IMG/VR virus record: IMGVR_UViG_3300004481_000138
Strand: one strand, 5' to 3'
Length of the DNA stretch: 64,000 nucleotides
Origin: an uncultured virus (IMG/VR IMGVR_UViG_3300004481_000138)
Taxonomy: Duplodnaviria; Heunggongvirae; Uroviricota; Caudoviricetes
Shown here in pieces: positions 24,701-31,953 of the stretch. Numbering within the stretch: the stretch's first letter is position 1; each line of letters starts with the position of its first letter. The translations under genes and the position numbers were made by a program. A model generated the notes under the pieces. That model worked only from the letters and a program-made list of their open reading frames with translations, was not told where the DNA came from and searched no databases.

Positions 24701-27700
24701 TGAACGATAGTTATACAATAACATTTCCATATCCAAATAATGCATATACAAATAATAATACATTAACATATGGTTTTACAACAGTAGACCCATATTATAA
24801 TTATACCATCTATAATGTGACAAATTTGATACCTGGCGGTATATTATCTAATGCTTATTTTTGCTATCAAGAATCAACTAATACACCAAATCAAACTGGA
24901 ATAGACGGTGGGTGTGGACTAAATTATACAGGGAACTATTATGCCTCTACAGGATGGTATCTTAGTCAATATCCTAATTTATATGATGGTAATTGGGGTA
25001 CAAGTTCTGGTAGTATTGGTAGTGGTTCAGCATATATTATAATCAATTATACTAAACCTATTTATGCTATAAATACTTCTTTATGGCGGGCAAGTGATGG
25101 GCACGGTCCTCCTGTAAATCGTTCCATACCAAACATTTGCTGGAATGCATTTTCTAATAAAATTTCTTTTAAGATGGTTTCAGATGCAGGTACTTTAGGT
25201 GGTGGTGACGAATGGATTTATTATTATTGTTATAATAGTACTGATTATCAATTAATAGATAGTTATAATTCACCAAGTGCAGCTCAAATTTATGAGGAAG
25301 CAATGTTGTGGAATATGTCGTTAAGTATGATTAATGTGATAACTAATGCAACAAGTTATACAGTAAATTTATTAGACGGTAAATACTATTATGGATTAAC
25401 TATTTATGATAAGGCAGGAAACAATTATTTTTATGACCCTAATATTACTATTGATACTACTCCTCCAATTATTTCATTTGTGTATCCAACACCAAATAAT
25501 ACACAAGTTTTATACTTGCAGGATTATATAAATGTTTCAATGTTGGTTAGCGATGCAAACAATATTACAAATCTGTCCATAATGCTTTATAAAGACGGGG
25601 TGTTATTACAGTCATATATATGGTATAATTTTACAACATCAACACAAAATTATACATTTATGAATTTAACCAAAGGAACATTTTATATAAATGCATCAGC
25701 TTATGATATAGTAAATAATTTAGGTAATAGTGAGACGAGACAGATTATATTGTTTGATTATGTTCCGTATGTGAATGATATTACAATACAGCCAACAGTA
25801 TTATATGGTAATACAACTATAGGTGGATATTGTAACATTACACACGATGATTTAACTCCTGTTAATGTAAGTTATGTATGGTATAATAATGGTATAAATG
25901 TACAGAGTGGTGTTGTAACAAATGTTTTACATAATATAAAAACTTTGATTAATAATTATACTTTATCATTAAGTGATTATGATAATAATATTATATTTGG
26001 CTGTCAACCGTTTGATGTTGACAGTACTGGCAATCAAACTAATACAACAAGCTATAGAGTGAATTATATACCAACATATAATATGTCATTATTTGGTGAT
26101 AACGGTAATAATGTAAGTTTCCCACAAATAGGAGATTATATAACATTGTATGGAGCTGTTACATCATATGATGCTGTTAGTCAGTGTTCATTATTTGTTA
26201 ATGATAATGGAACATATTGGAATTCAAGTTCACAAACAATAAGTAATGGATACGATTATTGTTATCAGGAATCTACAAATACATCTAATCAAGGTGGTGC
26301 AGATGGAAATTGTAGATTAGATTATAGTGGTAGTTATGTACATTCATATCCCGGTGGTCCTGCATTTGTTTATATTAACTATACTAAACCTATTGGTGTT
26401 ACAAATAATAGTAAATGGATAGTTAAAAATGGGGCATTATTAACGAATATTTCATTGCCAAATTCATGCTGGAATGCCTTTTCAAATAAGTTAAGTTTAA
26501 GATTGGAATCAGAACATCATCAAAATAATTTATTATCATATTCTAAGGCAAGTTGTTATAATGGTAGTTGGGTTGATTTAGTTAATTCCTCATCAATTTA
26601 TAGTAGTTATGGTGGTTCACCAACTTCTCCAGATGCCATTTATGATGGTGATTGGGATAGTGGTGTTGGATTTGTTACTTGTAATAGTTGTAGTCCTGGT
26701 GATTGGAGAAGTTGGATAGATATAAATCCATTAAATTCTGTTTTATATGAAGAGGCAATGAATTGGTATGCCCCAGTAATTATTCCAGGAAATGATTATA
26801 ATCTAACATATCTATTCCAAGTACGTCCAGTAAGTACAAACAATAGTAATGTAAGTTGGTATATACAATGTATGGATACTTATAGTACAACATTTGATTC
26901 AGGAATAAGACAATTTACCGTGTTTGATGTTACACACCCAGTAATTACTTTCCCATCAACGGGGACTAATTTTAATCTGTATACTAACACCTCAGTTATA
27001 AGTCATGATAGATATAATGTAACGTATAATATATCATATTTTGATTATAACTTGTTCGCAGCTGAGGTTATATTTACTTGTGATTTAAGTGGTATTATTT
27101 ATAATTGGTCATATATTGGGTTTAATGTTTCAAATTATACACAATATGATACATTTAGTATTGATAGTTATCCATTACAAAGATGCCAGTTTTATACAGG
27201 GGCAACAGATAGCCATACAAATGATGAAATTCCAAAATATCAGAATGCAAAGCTTGATACAGGCATAACATTTTTGACAGAGAATGATAATACTGTACAA
27301 GTTATTGCTAATGAGCAAAGTAATAATGTTCAAGATGTTACAACAAAGAAGATGAGAGATAGGCATACGTTTACTTTTGATTTTGTTGATAGCAAGAATA
27401 CTAGGACGTTCAGGCTGTTGTCAAATAATGTTATATATTATGTGGAAGATAGTATATATCCTGCACATTTTGTGATTTGGAATCCTGAGGAACATAAAGG
27501 TAATTGGATTGATTTTGCTGACGGTGTTAATGTTGGTGATACTTATAATGTAGAGAAAATTAATGATTATGAGTATCATGTTATAATAACAACATTAAAA
27601 CCAACAGATAAGCTATTATTTACATCAATTGGTGGAACACTATTAACTAATTATACATCATATTTTTATATTGGTGGTAGTATATATACAACAGGTGTTA

Positions 27701-29259
27701 ATACTTATAAAAATATAACATTTGGAAATTATTCATATATATTAACACAGAATACAGGATACCCAACAACTAGTACTTCAGGAACTACACTAACAGCAGA
27801 TTTGGTGATAGAAAATTTAACTAATGGTACATATACATATAATTTGAGTCATCCAAACTTTTTCCCAAATAATTTTGTGTTGAATATGACCAACGATAGT
27901 TTGTGGGTGAATTATACTACATCTCAGGCACAGGCTAACTTCCAATTCCAGGCATATTCAAGCGCTTTCTTATTATCTAATGTTACATATACGTTATATG
28001 ATAATTTACAAAATATAACAATAACAGGTAATACAGGGAATAGTACATTGGCAACATTTAATATTGATGCATCAAATTATACATTAAATTATAGTATTCC
28101 TGGATATTATAATGGAAGTTATTCATTTACAATATCTTATCAGCAGATTTATAATTATACTATTGATGTGAGTTATCCTGCTACATTCCAATTATATGAT
28201 GAGAAGACATTAGGAGAATTTAATATAAGCAGTGCAACCGTTGTTAATTTCTTGCTGTTTTGTCCTGGAAGTACATATTATACCGTAGTTAATAGTACCA
28301 ATTTTACTGTTCCTATAACGTGTGACTATCTATCATTTAAGTTTGAGCTTACTTATGGCACGAATAGTTATTATCGTTCATTCATACTTACACCAGATGA
28401 AACAAATAATGTGCCAATATATTTGATAGATGCTTCAAATACAGTATATATTTATAATAGTTTGGTAGCGGATGACCTATTAAAATCATATGTTAATCCT
28501 AGTATATATGTATATAAAAATATAGGTAACAGAACGGTACAAATAACAGCTAATTATGTTGATATAACACAAAAGGTTGGGGCATACTTAATTGCAAATA
28601 ATCAGTATACTGTGGTTATAAAGAGTGATAATAATCCAGATTATAGTGTTGGAATATATGCAGCGGATGCGTCAGGAACAGTAAGTATAAAATTATATTC
28701 AGTATCATTATATTATTCAGAACAAGGAGATAGGAATCCGGTGTTTTATAGTGCTAGGATAGATAATAGTACTGGTGACCATTTAGTTTTAGGAAGTTAT
28801 GTTGATACACAAAATCAGACTGCAAGTGTGCAGTTTAATGTGTATGCTGGAAATTCATTGATAGATTCTCAAGGAGTATTAAATACTAAAAATGCAGTAT
28901 TTACAAGTAATGTTTCAGCATATTATAATATTTCAACAATTTATGGTGAATTTATTATTACTAGAAATACAACCGGAACAATACAACAAAAATCAATATT
29001 ACATGAGGTTACTGAGATATCATTAGGAATACTTAATTATGTAAGTCAGGATACAATAAATTGGATATTGATAATATTGTTAGGAGTATTGGCAATAATA
29101 GCGACAATGCAAACAGCAAATTACGTTTCAATAGCACTAATATTCCTTGCATCATTATTTGTAATATTTGGATGGTTGACAATAAGTGCAAGTGTATTAG
29201 CAATTGCCGGATTTGTAGCGTTAATATCATTATTGAAAGAAGGTGAGCGTAACTCATGA
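18775..29259 (+). CDS. Giant (3494 aa) membrane-anchored adhesin/spike with LamG, DUF2341-like and Ig-like modules
   Basis: Signal peptide; LamG motifs (LIAYYPF..GYIDELGIWDRSL; MDEFAHYARELT); DVFEFFDDFEG; dense NxS/T sequons; C-terminal TM helices. Confidence 0.8.
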   Translation: MNKSIFLKKITLWAIIILILVVPVSAEYFKVENGLAFAQTASISTYQCMKIKINNQSVVLINVSRAAGAGGTQFVLKDASKNDILVSTWNIAENGTIGYTLLSETEYFLCDYNDGNSFTLKYNDTSSYPINTTFANWIGEMDDVNEGTAYSRQITAFTISDVPLGTLNCSILNQTAKVENGLEFTQTASISTYQCMKIKINNQSVALVNVSRAAGADGTQFVLKDSFKNNVYNATWGFVENGSLCYTLLSGQNYYLCDYNDGNSFTLKYNATSSYPINTTFANWIGEMDDVNEGTAYSRQITAFTIKHNISLPTPPFDTSAYNVTFPYADNAVTSNNNLTINFTTTDPYYNHTKYTLIDYQNTLENGLIAYYPFEETSGNAIDVKGVHNLTLTGTLETIPCIKGSCRNYTGNASNYFSTSSWNGLLNFSTGESFTFNVWANFQDNVSVYRVWGGGGQGTWGDEDNRQTFFGGGYNAGWAEGTRINYGSCVGTNCVESIPSANISGWRMYTITKNAAINASQILLYIDGVYYDTQESELEWDIFADEFFVGARRNLETGIVEPMVGYIDELGIWDRSLTTTELQELYDLSSVTNATNIDTVNTSYTFAELLDGRYYYGLTIYDDYDNSQFYDPNVTIDTTAPTINFTTGTTPNGSYIDGLRNIFINISYIEENPANITYYLYNTTGLYASIIESQYNDVVQYLSFDNLLTSSTGLYNATNTSGAWSYNNVTKKIGSSINMETSTASINLSDALFRPTSWTITFWFYPKTVATGTTTGVFWRRNDYASTWGPYWMTYYTASGIPRIQYVTEGHNAYSNSITSVGYGSISTGSWYYVTATYNNNTRKMKLYINAQEVTNFTKSGQPSYGSNNWTTDIGDPTTHSGTSANFMMDEFAHYARELTDEEIKTLYNGGTGKNYTQLPPIAGYHNFTNLPNGQYYYNATVTDLAGQSGSTPTWQADIVGNFTPGYYTVTAKYAPGTYTNDNDYYVIGNTTDIYFDHWSIVLNNLSYYECYQETANDSNVLDGECGLTYNGVYTGTGTGEASFYVNYTKPIKNINGVVWNIKAGVNATPNTYNIVLPEICTNQTIIQLLAIDISNNITTKCYNGINWQTLSSLGIATSSAGGGNTYYDARIDGDWNTCMANYVSSGNVWRNSPFPNGIFTLCEESIIWRLDNTNINVSNIRMAYYNLLDGIYYNNISATDKALSTYLWQNYFTIDTIYPTINYTTGTTPNGSYINGQGSIFINITINDTNVNYSIIRLYNASGTLINSTIGLSANYTNFSTGIYYYNATVTDLTGQSTSTPTYIAIIIDTFQLQYYNVTFQYENNSYSTNNSLAMMFTSTDPYYDYAEYEIRELSYGYTTPECYQQNSNDTNCGTTAGLYYIVYGALNSADNVNGINQIFVWYKPYGVNSNTRFETRIGLTANPVINWTIPKACLDYSPYNVTFAYTDNCGTSCGPRYLRCYAGTTGNAESGPWMLISAPQYTSSGGGNAVDPTNSTQRIFDNDYTTYLVPRYLGAPSIYWATVDDGGNVGNHRMYDNAMRWYGNTTKTVTVNKNMTFPNLANGRYYYSVRVYDKAGNSYLFDPYVTIDATPPNITYSQYTTLNGSYVGNSSNIYVDSIIFEENINTSIIRLYNSSSDLIDSVSSNSSYQTFILPYYFNDTSNSVWVKTNLVEGQTYYFTIKGGNVSKNSGDDVFEFFDDFEGPAYFSGAFDSSKWNNQYADLNSILGKINGTYIIGQSDNSLLRRKGINTTQTFGLGYATVFRAKDNIGQLYRDVIGFGGRLGSLGDHSSINVTGFNGLTSGPGYLSIQNSTGSVNYYYSNYTSNDVFHIYQVERFNNTLTKFYQDYGTLINGTVTDDAGNNSLSFMFASKVNNSIVTLDWVGVYKVDVDGPSIECSNNICKVIVTKNLSNYQLRIPLAPTSPDIDILVTTNNVVHNFTSLSTGRYYYNMTVTDLAGFTTNTPTYQADVVGPFMNDSYTITFPYPNNAYTNNNTLTYGFTTVDPYYNYTIYNVTNLIPGGILSNAYFCYQESTNTPNQTGIDGGCGLNYTGNYYASTGWYLSQYPNLYDGNWGTSSGSIGSGSAYIIINYTKPIYAINTSLWRASDGHGPPVNRSIPNICWNAFSNKISFKMVSDAGTLGGGDEWIYYYCYNSTDYQLIDSYNSPSAAQIYEEAMLWNMSLSMINVITNATSYTVNLLDGKYYYGLTIYDKAGNNYFYDPNITIDTTPPIISFVYPTPNNTQVLYLQDYINVSMLVSDANNITNLSIMLYKDGVLLQSYIWYNFTTSTQNYTFMNLTKGTFYINASAYDIVNNLGNSETRQIILFDYVPYVNDITIQPTVLYGNTTIGGYCNITHDDLTPVNVSYVWYNNGINVQSGVVTNVLHNIKTLINNYTLSLSDYDNNIIFGCQPFDVDSTGNQTNTTSYRVNYIPTYNMSLFGDNGNNVSFPQIGDYITLYGAVTSYDAVSQCSLFVNDNGTYWNSSSQTISNGYDYCYQESTNTSNQGGADGNCRLDYSGSYVHSYPGGPAFVYINYTKPIGVTNNSKWIVKNGALLTNISLPNSCWNAFSNKLSLRLESEHHQNNLLSYSKASCYNGSWVDLVNSSSIYSSYGGSPTSPDAIYDGDWDSGVGFVTCNSCSPGDWRSWIDINPLNSVLYEEAMNWYAPVIIPGNDYNLTYLFQVRPVSTNNSNVSWYIQCMDTYSTTFDSGIRQFTVFDVTHPVITFPSTGTNFNLYTNTSVISHDRYNVTYNISYFDYNLFAAEVIFTCDLSGIIYNWSYIGFNVSNYTQYDTFSIDSYPLQRCQFYTGATDSHTNDEIPKYQNAKLDTGITFLTENDNTVQVIANEQSNNVQDVTTKKMRDRHTFTFDFVDSKNTRTFRLLSNNVIYYVEDSIYPAHFVIWNPEEHKGNWIDFADGVNVGDTYNVEKINDYEYHVIITTLKPTDKLLFTSIGGTLLTNYTSYFYIGGSIYTTGVNTYKNITFGNYSYILTQNTGYPTTSTSGTTLTADLVIENLTNGTYTYNLSHPNFFPNNFVLNMTNDSLWVNYTTSQAQANFQFQAYSSAFLLSNVTYTLYDNLQNITITGNTGNSTLATFNIDASNYTLNYSIPGYYNGSYSFTISYQQIYNYTIDVSYPATFQLYDEKTLGEFNISSATVVNFLLFCPGSTYYTVVNSTNFTVPITCDYLSFKFELTYGTNSYYRSFILTPDETNNVPIYLIDASNTVYIYNSLVADDLLKSYVNPSIYVYKNIGNRTVQITANYVDITQKVGAYLIANNQYTVVIKSDNNPDYSVGIYAADASGTVSIKLYSVSLYYSEQGDRNPVFYSARIDNSTGDHLVLGSYVDTQNQTASVQFNVYAGNSLIDSQGVLNTKNAVFTSNVSAYYNISTIYGEFIITRNTTGTIQQKSILHEVTEISLGILNYVSQDTINWILIILLGVLAIIATMQTANYVSIALIFLASLFVIFGWLTISASVLAIAGFVALISLLKEGERNS
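18862..19691 (+). repeat. Tandem duplication (441-nt period) at the adhesin N-terminus
   Basis: 18862-19250 and 19303-19691 share long identical stretches (e.g. QTASISTYQCMKIKINNQSV, FANWIGEMDDVNEGTAYSRQITAFTI). Confidence 0.9.
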
Positions 29260-29750
29260 TGCGAAACATATTTAAATTGGTTTTGTTTACGTTTATGTTA
29301 AACATAGCTACAGGAATCATGTCAGTTGCTATTACTGATATTGCTGGAAATCAAGTATTTCAATCAGAAGATATGGCAAGAGTGCCTGTATATGATTCAG
29401 CTGGTACTGCAAAATTAACAGGAAGTTATAATGTAGCTAATGGTACATTTAGTGAACAAGACCAGACTATTAATCCTGGTGGTATTGCTGATACTAGTGG
29501 TAATATAGTATTTAGACTTTTAGATTTGATAGGATTAGGGTTTATTAATAATATATTAAAAACTATAGATTATTATTTGTTTGGTTTTGTAAATTTTATG
29601 CATAATATGTTTGGGCAATATATGAATACAGCATTACATGACTTATTATTTCCAACAGATTATTTTCCTGGAATATTAAAAACTTTGATAATGATAGGAT
29701 ATGCATTTGCTGCATTTGAATTATGGACAAATAAAACATTGGTTGACTAA
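29256..29750 (+). CDS. Membrane protein, probable virion component
   Basis: Hydrophobic N- and C-terminal segments; overlaps the adhesin stop. Confidence 0.55.
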   Translation: MMRNIFKLVLFTFMLNIATGIMSVAITDIAGNQVFQSEDMARVPVYDSAGTAKLTGSYNVANGTFSEQDQTINPGGIADTSGNIVFRLLDLIGLGFINNILKTIDYYLFGFVNFMHNMFGQYMNTALHDLLFPTDYFPGILKTLIMIGYAFAAFELWTNKTLVD

Positions 29751-29752
29751 AA

Positions 29753-30118
29753 ATGATTTGGTTATTATTAATGACAGGATTGCTTGTAGGGGCTTGTGGT
29801 AATGAGACAACAGCTTGTGGTTGGAATGAATTATTTGAAGGACATTTGATTACTTCAGCTTTTGTTATGTATGATGCTGCGTTTATGGGATGGACGGTGG
29901 CAATATTATTCGTAATATATCAGTTCATGCTTTTGTTGAAGACAAGAAACCTAACTATTAGCTGGGTTACTGGTGCATTGTTTGCAGCAATGTTTGTATC
30001 AACTAGGATTATGGATGCTACTGGAAATCCAATACTTAAACCAATTAGTATTCAAGTAATATTTGCATTGCTTGTGTTTGAGTTAGGTGCTATTATATAT
30101 TTGTGGTTGTGGAAGTGA
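29753..30118 (+). CDS. Multi-TM membrane protein
   Basis: 3-4 hydrophobic helices. Confidence 0.55.
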   Translation: MIWLLLMTGLLVGACGNETTACGWNELFEGHLITSAFVMYDAAFMGWTVAILFVIYQFMLLLKTRNLTISWVTGALFAAMFVSTRIMDATGNPILKPISIQVIFALLVFELGAIIYLWLWK

Positions 30119-30123
30119 TATAA

Positions 30124-30624
30124 ATGGTGTTTAATTGTAAAGAATATTATGCAACTCATCCAAAAGCATTGGAAAAAAGAAAAGAATATATGAGGAATTA
30201 TAATAAAAAACCTGAGATAAAAAAAAGAATGCAAGAAATTCAAAGAAGATTTAGAGAAAAAAATAAATTAAGAGATGTACAAATACGTGCTGAAAAATAT
30301 AAAAATGATGTAAAATATAAATTGAGTATAACATTGAGAGCTAGGATTGGTAAGGCAATTAAGTACAATTTAAAGGCAAAGCATACATTAGAATTAATTG
30401 GATGTAGTGTAAAAGAACTTAAAGAATATTTAGAAAAACAGTTTAAACCTGGTATGAGTTGGGTAAATCATTCACAATTTGGTTGGCATATAGACCATAA
30501 AATACCTTGTGATGCCTTTGATTTGTCTAAGGAAGAAGAACAATGTAAATGTTTCCATTATACAAATCTTCAACCGTTATGGTGGAATGAAAATTTAAGT
30601 AAAAATAGGAGCGTTGAAGTATGA
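30124..30624 (+). CDS. HNH-type homing endonuclease-like protein
   Basis: WHIDHKIPC..FDL..FHYTNLQPLW..NLSK. Confidence 0.75.
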   Translation: MVFNCKEYYATHPKALEKRKEYMRNYNKKPEIKKRMQEIQRRFREKNKLRDVQIRAEKYKNDVKYKLSITLRARIGKAIKYNLKAKHTLELIGCSVKELKEYLEKQFKPGMSWVNHSQFGWHIDHKIPCDAFDLSKEEEQCKCFHYTNLQPLWWNENLSKNRSVEV

Positions 30625-30861
30625 AAAAGAAAATTATTATTACAAATAATAGAGAAATTTATGAAAAGTTTAATATGCTAAACTTTTCTAATGAGATTAT
30701 ACTTAAAAATGTCAAACCAATACAAATTGAACGTATTGTAGGTAATGTTAATAAGACTGATAAGATATTATATATGGAGAAAATAGGTGATTATTTTTTA
30801 GTAAAGAAGATAGGAAAAGTTAATTATAACATATATTTAAGGTAAATTTTGATTCTGAAAT

Positions 30862-30881
30862 AAATATATATATAAATGACC
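30862..30881 (+). promoter_or_regulatory. TATATAAATGACC promoter upstream of the capsid genes
   Basis: AAATATATATATAAATGACC, identical to 42213-42232. Confidence 0.65.
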
Positions 30882-30970
30882 TGTTGGTATTATACATTAC
30901 ACAAAGGTTAAGAACCAAGTATAGCTTAAAGCGAAAAAATAGAAAAAAAATAAATGGAGAGTGATGTAAA

Positions 30971-31189
30971 ATGTTTATGGAAATTGCCATCGGTGCCATT
31001 GGTATTGGTATAGTATTAATGGTGGGATACCTAGTTGTTGCGCAGGTTAAGGCAGCATTGCCTACAGTTGACGAGAATGTAACTGCTGGGTTGAATGCAA
31101 CACAGTCAACTGTGTTTGCAGGATTTGGTCTAATTGCAGTTGGAATAATCGTCCTGGCTGCATTCGGCTTGATAAATGTCTTCAGATAA
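30971..31189 (+). CDS. Putative major capsid protein, spindle-virus type (SSV1 VP1/His1-like two-helix hairpin)
   Basis: 72 aa; two long hydrophobic helices joined by a polar loop with NVT/NAT sequons; own promoter and T-rich terminator; family call by architecture only. Confidence 0.65.
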   Translation: MFMEIAIGAIGIGIVLMVGYLVVAQVKAALPTVDENVTAGLNATQSTVFAGFGLIAVGIIVLAAFGLINVFR

Positions 31190-31197
31190 ATAAGACA

Positions 31198-31225
31198 AAT
31201 TTTTTTTATTTTTTTTTATTTTTTT
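31198..31225 (+). terminator. Oligo-T archaeal terminator after capsid gene 1
   Basis: Long T runs immediately after the stop; a similar tract follows capsid gene 2 at ~31553-31580. Confidence 0.6.
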
Positions 31226-31246
31226 AAAATATAGGAGGATGATATC

Positions 31247-31543
31247 ATGTTCATGGAGATAGCTATTGGAGCGATAGGAATAGGAATTGTATTAATGGTG
31301 GGCTATCTTGTTGTAGCTCAGGTCAAATCTGCAATGCCAACTTTGTATGTTGATAACCCGTGTTATGGATTACCATTAAATGGTTCATGTACAGGGGGAG
31401 ATAATACCAGCTTATTAATTGCTGATACGACAGTAACAACTGGTTTGAATAGTACTCAAGCAACGGTGTTTGCAGGATTTGGTTTGATTGCTGTGGGTAT
31501 AATTGTACTTGCGGCATTCGGCTTAATAAATGTCTTTAGGTAA
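31247..31543 (+). CDS. Capsid protein paralog with extended loop (minor capsid-like)
   Basis: Both helices essentially identical to 30971..31189; ~26-aa loop insertion with two Cys and NGS/NTS sequons. Confidence 0.65.
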   Translation: MFMEIAIGAIGIGIVLMVGYLVVAQVKSAMPTLYVDNPCYGLPLNGSCTGGDNTSLLIADTTVTTGLNSTQATVFAGFGLIAVGIIVLAAFGLINVFR

Positions 31544-31632
31544 ATAAATACAATTTTTTTCTTTTTTTAGTTATTTTTCTAGAAAACAATCACAAGTTTT
31601 ATATAAGAGTGTTCCTCTTATTATAAATACTG

Positions 31633-31953
31633 GTGAGAAAAATGCTTGTTGAACTATTTGTGTTTTTTGAGATTGTTGCTATTGGTATGTTTATTGCTTC
31701 TTTTTTCACTAAGCAAGAAATACTTTGGGCAGTATCATTAATATTATTTGGTGTTCTGATGTTTACAAGCTATAATGTTGAATATTATGTTTATGAATGG
31801 AATGCCACTATTTCTGCTTATTATCCTGTTGCCATAACACATAGTTATCCTTATTTAATGGGTATTAATAGTTTATTTTTTGTTTTATCATTAATATTAT
31901 TATTATTTGATATATTTGATAAATATGGTAGCAGGTTTGCAGGTAAGGGATGA
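31633..31953 (+). CDS. Three-TM membrane protein
   Basis: Hydrophobic segments. Confidence 0.5.
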   Translation: MRKMLVELFVFFEIVAIGMFIASFFTKQEILWAVSLILFGVLMFTSYNVEYYVYEWNATISAYYPVAITHSYPYLMGINSLFFVLSLILLLFDIFDKYGSRFAGKG

